A program made the translations under genes and the position numbers. DNA of 64,000 nucleotides from contig OZ024742.1 in the NCBI GenBank assembly GCA_964016885.1, forward strand, positions 201,376,001 to 201,440,000. The letters are read 5' to 3'. The stretch comes from Eledone cirrhosa (lineage: Eukaryota). The number at the start of each line of letters is the position of its first letter. The first letter of the stretch is position 1. Below the pieces are notes generated by a model that was given only the letters and a program-made list of their open reading frames with translations, was not told where the DNA came from and searched no databases. Shown here one piece after another: positions 55,212 to 64,000 of this stretch.

Positions 55212-55229
55212 TCCGGTTGAAGCCGGGAT

Positions 55230-55262
<33 letters not shown>

Positions 55263-55274
55263 CAGACACACACA

Positions 55275-55315
<41 letters not shown>

Positions 55316-55722
55316 TTATATATATATATATATGAAAGAACAAAGCAGGAAAGAAAGGAAATAATAAAAGAAGAACGAAATGGGAAGGGAAGCTGTTATA
55401 TAAGCCTTTTTGATTGTTAATTATTCTCGAAACGAACATAAAAAAAATGGCTGTTGCCAGACATACAAACGAGGAATTGTTTAAGATTATATTATATATT
55501 TTTACCCAATAGTAATTATATAATGTACCGGAGAATTCCTTTATTAAAGATGTATCGACTGGTGATATAGGCTGCCTTAAGTAGAATAGGAGATGGAGAG
55601 GAGGGTGAGACGGGGTTAGGAACGGGGGTGAATCGCGAAGGTAGAAGGGAGAGAGAGGACAGAGCAAAGGGAGATAGAGAGTAGTTTGAAAGAAGAGAAA
55701 TGAGTGTGAGATAAAGAGCAAG

Positions 55723-55761
<39 letters not shown>

Positions 55762-55781
55762 AGAGTGAGAGAGAGAGAGAA

Positions 55782-55848
<67 letters not shown>

Positions 55849-56193
55849 AAGAGATAGGGCAAAGAAAAACAGTGTCGGTTTCAGTTATTTATTAGAACAG
55901 ACAGTGAATCGAATCCAATGACATGTGAAATCACCATGGAAACCAAATTACATTTTTGCTTGATTGATTGGCTGATTAATTAATCGATATATCGATCCAG
56001 TAATTGACTGATTGATTGCTTACTTGCTTGATTGATGCCTGTGGGTATATTAAATTTGAAATGTGTCCTTCTTTGTGTCTATATTTCGGTTTTCGGTTTA
56101 ACGTTTTAATATCTTTTATACAAAATACTAGTATTTATATATATATATGATTTGTCACAATTAATTAAATATTATAATTATATATATATATAC

Positions 56194-56246
<53 letters not shown>

Positions 56247-56384
56247 TTGTCACAATTAATTAAATAATTAATTAATTACTCATGAGTGTCTACCCCAACA
56301 ACAATATTATAAAACAACACACAAATGCGTCTGTTGGGCTTTTGTCGGCTCCTACGAAGAGTATTCGAGTCGTTTGAACAACAC

Positions 56385-56620
56385 AAGCGTCTGCTTGTGA
56401 AATTAAACTGCTCGTGGATCAGCTTGCCATATACATAAGTATACTAAATATTTCTCAGGGAGATTTAGCGTGATACTATGTGTGGCAAGGCTAGCTCTTT
56501 GATTCAAAGGTATAGTTGCTGATTTTTTCGGCTGAGTGGGCAGAATGCACGACCAGGAATCAAAGATATGATCTTACAAGTTTGAGTCGAACACTAACCA
56601 CTTAGCCATGAGCCTTCAGA
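56385..56620 (-). mobile_element. tRNA-derived SINE, second family, decayed
   Basis: Minus head GGCTCATGGCTAAGTGGTTAGTG..TTTGATTCC. The body resembles 63290-63390. Confidence 0.55.
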
Positions 56621-57559
56621 ACGAATGTACACAAACCTATGTACACACAAAACTCCAATTATGTTGGTCAACTTGATACAAAAGCTGTAATAACACTCAT
56701 CTTAAAAATGTGAAACGGACACAAAACATTGGACACACTCTATTGTGTGAAGAAAAAAACGTGATGGTCATAGATGGAATAATTTTTATGAATGGCTTGC
56801 TCCAGTAGGGTTTTTCCACGTTTTATTTCAGACAACATTCAAATTATTTCCCCATATATACACATATGTATGTATATATGTATGTCTGTATGTATGTACG
56901 TACGTATGGATGTGTGCATGTAAGCATGCATGCATGTGTGTATGTATGCATGCATGTGTATGTATGCATGCAGGTGTCCATGTATGTGTGTATGTATACA
57001 TGCATACATATATAAATGTATGCATGCATACATGTATAAATGCATGTATAAATGTATGTATGCATGTACGCATGTATGTATGAATGCGTATGCATGCATA
57101 TATGTATGTATGAATGTATGTATGCATATATGAATGTATATATGAATGTATGTATGAATGCATTCATGTATGTATGTATGTATATATCAATGTATGTATG
57201 CATGAATGACTGTATGTAAGTATGTATGTATGAGCTGTAATCTTCCAAACGCAACCGACTTTAATGATAGTCAATCACTTTAAATAATAGATGAGAAAAT
57301 TGTGTTACGAGGTTCCTCTCGCCACATTTTTATTCTATTTTTTTTTTTTAGTAATTAACAATTATTTTAGTCATTTGTCTGAGAAGACTACATTTCAAAT
57401 ATATATATTACTCTACTACTCTGTTACTTGTTCCAGCCGACGGGCTGAGGCGATGTTGGGAAACCGTCCTTAGATATATACTTCTGTTCCTTCCTCTCGT
57501 CTATCTTTCTTTTTATTCTATCTTCTGATGAAGGACTAACGCTCTTTTCCTACTATATA

Positions 57560-57742
57560 ATTGTTTCTACTTTGGGCACAAGGCCAGCAATTATCCCAGT
57601 GAATTACTGGTACTTTATTTTATCAACCCTGTAAGGATGAAAGGCAAAGTGAACCTCGGCGGGATTTGAACTAAGACTGTAAAGGGCCGTAACTCTATGC
57701 TACAAAGCACGGCGTCCGACCCGCTACCGATACTGCCAATCC
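57560..57742 (-). mobile_element. tRNA-derived SINE, full length
   Basis: Reverse complement of the 46535-46715 type. Confidence 0.88.
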
Positions 57743-58020
57743 TTTACTACATAATACCTTAAAATAATATACCGGGATGCTGAACATTCTTGGCTTAAGG
57801 GTATAAGGAAAGGGTAGAGCTGTTACCTTTACATGTGATGTAGGACAGCTCCAATAACTCTGAGAGGTATATATTAAATAAAATCATAATTAACTGATTC
57901 TCCTGTATTTTCTTTTACCCAAAGCCAGGAAATTTTCAGCAACCCGGTATATTATCATTGTACTATATCGTTCACCTCTGTTGGTTTCCTTGTTCAGTTT
58001 TCACCCTCCCATAATATATA

Positions 58021-58110
<90 letters not shown>

Positions 58111-58114
58111 TATA

Positions 58115-58150
<36 letters not shown>

Positions 58151-58162
58151 TGTATGTATGTA

Positions 58163-58195
<33 letters not shown>

Positions 58196-58267
58196 TCTTA
58201 GAAATGAACCATAGCGGAAGAACTCAATATTCATAATAGAGTAAATACTGAAATTGATTTATTGATT

Positions 58268-58332
58268 TCTTTTTTACAGCCGAGCTTCCATATTTCAGCG
58301 AAGTGAATGTTCGATAAGCTTCGTCAGAGAAG
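58268..58332 (-). ncRNA. Degenerate hammerhead-like motif
   Basis: TTCT-CTGACGA-AGC..GCT-GAAA-TA..TG-TA. Stems I and III are weak. Confidence 0.4.
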
Positions 58333-58375
58333 CTTTGCGAACTCTCAGGCTGCTAAAAGAAATAAATCAACTTAA

Positions 58376-58880
<505 letters not shown>

Positions 58881-59651
58881 GACAGACACGGCAGACAGAC
58901 AGAAATACCTATATGATGTCTAGCCAAAAATCAGAGGTTGTTAGTCTCAACAAACATCACTGTTCAAGATAAATCAGAAAATATTAGCGATGATGATGAT
59001 GATCGTCATAGTAACGAAGATGATGGCGACGATAATCATCTTTTTGATGGCGATCAGTATACAAAAAAAAAAAAAAAAAAAAAAAAAGCAACGCATAAAT
59101 AAGAACAAAAATGTATCTATTCATGTATGGAAGTACATTAAATGCTATGGTGGTTTGCACAGCCAGAAATTGTGGCAAACATTGTTTTAAGCTTTTCACG
59201 AAGAATTGGACGTACTAAAATATATAGACTGTAGAATATAGAATACAGAATGGCGATTACGGTCACATGCATGAGAGCATACATTAGATTATACACAGGC
59301 TGCAATATGCTATCATGCTATCACTTTGAAATCAGAACAGAGGATACATCGTGAAGATTAGCATTGGAAACTGTCAATAAAATTACTAAGTGAGCCATTA
59401 ATTGTTTTAGAAGATATACATGATTCTAACCCCTACATCTACATAGCTACACACACCCAAAAAAAGGTGTAGAGAATAAATGAAATTATGATTTGCCGAA
59501 AATTACTATCGATGAAAAGGAAAAAAAAAAGAAAAAAAAAACAGAAATTATTTTATTATTTAGCGTAAGAATGAAATGAGAATAAATATCTATAATTCAT
59601 AGTGGCCATTCCTAGTTCGGAAAGATCAATGTAGTATATATGAAGATATTA

Positions 59652-59770
59652 ATTGTTTCTACTTTAGGCACAAGGCCAGCAATTACCCACTGCATTACTG
59701 GTACTTTATTTTATCGACCCCGTAAGGATGAAAGGCAAAGTCAACATCGGCGGGATTTGACCTCAGATCG
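59652..59770 (-). mobile_element. 5'-truncated SINE with a probable target-site duplication
   Basis: SINE core and tail, flanked on both sides by TATATGAAGATATTAAT (59637 and 59771). Confidence 0.85.
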
Positions 59771-59914
59771 TATATGAAGATATTAATGTTAAGAATAATA
59801 TACTCTTAATATATGTTTCTGCTGAAAATATAACTTATAACAAACGTTGTATTGTGTTATTTTTCATAATTTTACTCTTTATACTATACTATATATACAT
59901 ACAGACACACACAC

Positions 59915-59998
<84 letters not shown>

Positions 59999-60000
<2 letters not shown>

Positions 60001-60135
60001 CGAAGGAAATGTGTTAAGGAACCAGGTGGACCATAACGCACCAAAGTACTCATTACTTAGGGTAGTAGAGTGGGTAATAGGAACGAGTAGGACCCCGACG
60101 GCTGAGCTCAGCTGTCGGGGTCCTACTCGTTCCTA
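59999..60135 (-). mobile_element. Mini fold-back element, family H copy 3
   Basis: Near-identical to 19471-19630, but the hairpin is spacerless and centred on GAGCTC. Confidence 0.82.
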
Positions 60136-60144
60136 TATATATAC

Positions 60145-60600
60145 ATTGTGTCAGGTCGCTCTTGAGTACTACTGGTAACATCTAACCCAGTACAGCGTGT
60201 CTCATGGTCGGGTCATTGGCGACTAAACCAGCACCCCACCAAGCTTGTTTGGTGGGGAGGGTCATATTTGGATACCCTGCGGGATGAAATACAAGACCCT
60301 GCAAATGGCGGCGGAACTCAGCAGAGTCAACAGTCTTCCAAATACTAATTTTTTTTTTTTACCTGGAAGTGAAAGACCCCCAGTTGTCACAACCCTTTCT
60401 CAGAGAGGAAAACTCTGTAAAAAAACCTGCGGCTTTGGAAGCTTCCGATCATGTTGACCAGTTCTCCTTTTCGGATAGTGTTTTCATGCTTAAAGAGTGG
60501 GATTAGTCGAGTGCAACGCCTTTCCCCACTTAAAAACCCTTCGAGGCTCAGGCATTGCTTGTTCAGGATATGTTACAGGTTCGTGTGGCTGGTCGTAGCT
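60145..60600 (+). other. GC-richer structured segment, possibly derived from a LINE 5' UTR
   Basis: Hairpin CCCCACCAAGC/GTTTGGTGGGG, composition unlike its flanks, no credible ORF. Family not identified. Confidence 0.3.
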
Positions 60601-60662
60601 TAAAATATGCACCAAACTCTGTAATCTGACAAGTGATTGTAATACACTTAGCAGAGTTTGCA

Positions 60663-60725
<63 letters not shown>

Positions 60726-60805
60726 CAAAGAGTTATTTAATGTGTTGGTTAACACGATAAGTTCTTGTTTTTGGATATGTCACTATCTGTAAAATAACTT
60801 TTGTA

Positions 60806-60860
60806 TTTTATCTGATGAGGGCGTGCTAAACATTTGGTACCCTTGAAATATATATAATAA
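60806..60860 (+). ncRNA. Hammerhead-like motif
   Basis: TTAT-CTGATGA-GGG..CCCTT-GAAA-TATATAT-AATAA. Stem I register is ambiguous. Confidence 0.45.
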
Positions 60861-60908
60861 AAAAAAATATGGTTTTATAAAGATAGTTTCCACTTATTAA
60901 TATTATTG

Positions 60909-60956
<48 letters not shown>

Positions 60957-60974
60957 ATGTGTGTGTGTGTGTGT

Positions 60975-61379
60975 GAAAAATTCGGGATCCGACGGCTGAG
61001 CTCCTGCCGTTTCATTAACTGCTAGATCAGCTATTGAAACGGCAGGAGTTCAGCCATCGGGGTCCCGAATTTTTCAAATTACCCACTCTACTACCCCAAG
61101 TATCGAGTATTCTGGGGAGTAGTGGTCTAACTGATTTTTACCGCTTATAAATATATATATATATATAAAGAGAGAGAGAGGGGGGAGACAGAGAAAGGGA
61201 GAGAGATCAGGATTCCAATAGTTTTAAACTAGTACGACCATTATTCAGTAGAGTGTGAGTATAATAGAAGGAGTCAGCGCCCAACTGCTGAGCTCTTGAA
61301 GATTCGACAACTAATTGCAGGGAATCTGAAATTAGCTATCGAAATAGCAAGAGCTCAACCATCGGGCCCTAACTCTGTC

Positions 61380-61383
<4 letters not shown>
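60975..61383. mobile_element. Two diverged family H fold-back elements (60975-61146 plus; 61205-61383 minus)
   Basis: GAAAAATTCGGGATCCGACGGCTGAGCTCCTGCCGTTTC / GAAACGGCAGGAGTTCAGCC..CCCGAATTTTTC plus tail TTACCCACTCTACT. The second copy is more decayed. Confidence 0.7.
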
Positions 61384-61416
<33 letters not shown>

Positions 61417-61454
61417 TATATATATAATATATATATATGTGTGTGTGTATGTGT

Positions 61455-61640
61455 GTGTATGTAAAAGGTAAACAGAAATAACAACACAATCGGTACAGTA
61501 TATGGAAGGAATATATTAGGTCAACACTTGAAATAGAAGGAAGAGTGTCTTAACGTTTCGGACGCTAGTCCTTCATCAACATAAAGAATGAGAAATAAGA
61601 TAGACTGAGGGGACGGGCCGGTTGGAATTGGAAAAAATGT
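61455..61640 (-). mobile_element. Family J hammerhead-bearing repeat
   Basis: Reverse complement of 49320-49505. Motif TTGATGA-A-GGA(CTAGCG)TCC-GAAA-CG-TT-AAGA. Confidence 0.72.
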
Positions 61641-61725
61641 ACTGTATAAGCAAATGAGATTAATCACCTCATTTTCACAGACGAAAAAACTATATATTTT
61701 TGCCTGTCCTGCACTTGCGGGAGAG

Positions 61726-61769
61726 ATCGTCCGGATGAGAACCAGTTGAGTTCGAAAGGTATCGACGAT
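61726..61769 (+). ncRNA. Type I hammerhead-like motif with a core substitution
   Basis: ATCGTC-CGGATGA-GAAC(CAGTTGA)GTTC-GAAA-GGTA-TC-GACGAT. Stems I and II pair perfectly. Confidence 0.6.
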
Positions 61770-62069
61770 TGTCCCCGTTGCTTCTGCCGGACATGGCCTG
61801 GTGGCGTTAGCTGCCAGTGTGTTAATTCATAGCTATGGCTTTCTAAATGTTTATTTATAAACATGCCGTATTTATTTAGAAATATGAAATTCCTATATAT
61901 GGAGAATACATATGAGGGAAATATATTGATCGTTATCAGGTATTTTGTTTTAATTTTTTATTAAATTTATTAGAATACTCAACGAATTATGTAATCTTAC
62001 TTTCAGTGTAGATTGTCTCTAGTTCTAAGTTTTGATATGTCTTAGTGCACACTTATGTGTGTATTGAAA

Positions 62070-62243
62070 AACAAGATGGCGTAGGACAGAACAAAGGAGA
62101 GGCACAAAAAAAAAAGAAAAGAATCCCCAGTAACTGAAGATGTCACAGAATGTGGGACGAAAGAACTTTCACAATATATGAACAACCATCTGGTTGAAAG
62201 CATCTGGTACGTGTGTTTCTTATGACCCTCCCAAAGTTTAACT
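62070..62243 (+). mobile_element. Internally deleted solo pLTR of the PLE B family
   Basis: ATGGCGTAGGACAGAACAAAGGAGAGGCAC, decayed hammerhead CTGAAGA..GAAAGAAC, and ATGACCCTCCCAAAGTTTAAC then (TA)n. Confidence 0.85.
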
Positions 62244-62899
62244 ATATATATATATATATATATATAAATATATATTATATGTATTTAGTTATTCATTCTA
62301 CATATTTTCAAATATTTTTCAGTATGTTTATTTTTTTATTTTTTAATTATCAACTTTCTTTTCATTTCATTATATCTAATCTCATCTTTAACTTTCATCG
62401 TCCTGAAAAGATTAAAAACATTTTCTATAATTTTTCTTCTATAGTTTTACTGGTGCTGGTGCTTGTGCTAGTGGTGGTGCTGGTGGTGGTCGGGGTTGTG
62501 CTAGTACTGGTGGTTGTGGTGCTGGTGATGATGGGAGCCTGATGGTGGTGAGGGTGATGGGGTCCTGGTGGTGGTGGCGGTAGGGGTTATGCTGGGAAAC
62601 CATTCATGTTCTCTGTTTTTGCTTTTCTGTTTTCTAAATAATAATATCAATACATGGATTATACAGATCTGTAATCCCTTTTTTAAAAAAAGGTAAGTGG
62701 GTCTTCGTCTGTTTTGATAATGAGTGCTCTCCAGTTGTTGAATCAACGGATCGGCATATTCATTAAATAAACATCTCTGTGTATTCCACAGTCACATGTG
62801 AGCTTATTTTAACTATCAAGAAACTCCATTGCCACAGAGTTTGAAAAAACCATCACTTTAAATTATAGATGCAATTCATCTTGCATTATAGTGGATGGG

Positions 62900-63265
62900 A
62901 GATGGATTTTCAGTATCGATAGAGCGTCAGGCAACATGCTCTGTGTCATATAGTTACGGCCCTATTCGTTCTGAGTTCAAATTCTGCCGAGGTTAGCTTT
63001 TCTTTTCATCATTACGGGGTCGATGAAATATAATTGTTTCTACTTTTGGCACAAGGCCAGCAATTACCCAGTACATTACTGGTACTTTATTTTATTGACC
63101 CCGTAAGGATGAAAGGCAAAGTTAACCTCGATGGGATTTGAACTCAGACCGATATTGCCAATTCACCGCGCTTCGATGAAATATAATACAAGTAACGCAG
63201 TAGGGTCGATTTTTCGACCTTCCCCTTCGCCAATATTTTGGCCTTGTGCCTATATCAGAACCCAT
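62900..63265. mobile_element. Plus-strand SINE interrupted by a minus-strand SINE (~63033-63170)
   Basis: The plus copy stops at TCGATGAAATATAAT (63020) and resumes after the same 15-mer (63173), which is a probable TSD. Confidence 0.8.
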
Positions 63266-63639
63266 TATAATGTAAGTGGCAGATTATTTCACAGGCACGT
63301 GTCCCTTTAACGTAATTATCAAGAAGATTCAGCGCGACACATCGTGTCTTAAAACTGGTCTTTTGAATTATATTTCCAGTCAATTCAACTAATCCCGTTT
63401 AAGGGGCTGAGTATTTGACAGATACCTTACGGCAATTCTCAGGGAGGTTATAGTCCTTTGAAGTACAGATACAGTCCACTTAACAATCTTCGAATCAATT
63501 TCCGACCCTCCAATTTCCCTCACAATGCTTGGGTCCATCCGAAATGAGGGTAATTTACACTCGCCCAACAAGCTACGCATTGAAACTGAAGCCACCAACA
63601 AACCCCAAAACTCTGTCCTCCAGCGAATCCAACAATCCT

Positions 63640-63918
63640 CCTCCAACCAGCAAGCCTGCTTACCAACCAACCAATCAACCAGCCAACCACCCAACGAACC
63701 AGCCAACCATCCATCCAATCAACCAACCAGCCAGCCAGCCAACCAGCCAACCAGCCAACCAGCCAACCAGCCAACCAACCAATAGGCCAACCAACCAACT
63801 AGCTAACCAGTCAACCAGTCAACCAGTCAACAAGCCAATTATCCAACCAACCAAATAACCAACCAACAAACCAGTCAACTAACCAACCAACTAAAGCAAC
63901 CAATCAAGCAACCAAACC
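63640..63918. repeat. (CCAA/CCAG)n degenerate tetranucleotide repeat
   Basis: Directly visible. Confidence 0.9.
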
Positions 63919-64000
63919 ACCAGCCTACTCTGAAATCAGTCAAAAATAAGAACGAAAAACAAATTTAATCGTGGATTTAAAAAAATAAACTGAAAAATAC

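Noticed and set aside
52540-56060. Isolated YY1-like (CCGCCATTTT) and RFX-like (CCATGGAAAC) motifs as host enhancers
   Set aside because: Short motifs are expected by chance, and there is no gene or conservation evidence in the window.
56138-56265. Direct repeat GATTTGTCACAATTAATTAAATA around (TA)n
   Set aside because: Most simply a local slippage duplication. No element lies between the copies.

Overview
AT-rich, microsatellite-dense eukaryotic DNA with no recognisable host exon. The SINE families and repeat content suggest an octopod cephalopod (inference). The window is almost entirely retroelements. Penelope-like elements (PLEs) of several types sit in (TA)n tracts and usually carry an inverted copy of their own 3' end. 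There are also two tandem clusters of R4/Dong-type RLE LINEs in (TAA)n, a decayed Tx1/L1 LINE, an RTE fragment and many tRNA-derived SINEs. Three observations stand out. (1) A non-coding array of a highly structured 466-bp unit at 11114-12787, each unit carrying an intact minimal type I hammerhead ribozyme and arranged as a head-to-head palindrome: a candidate retrozyme/circRNA element. (2) About 20 intact or variant hammerhead motifs and several tiny fold-back elements whose inversion points lie at or near the ribozyme. (3) A near-intact PLE ORF (7167-~10666) with a C-terminal GIY-YIG, an IFD-like RT insertion, an in-frame Asn-rich tract of ~160 aa and a single in-frame TGA. Most short ORFs in the supplied track are microsatellite artefacts. 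All alignments and folds were done by eye.
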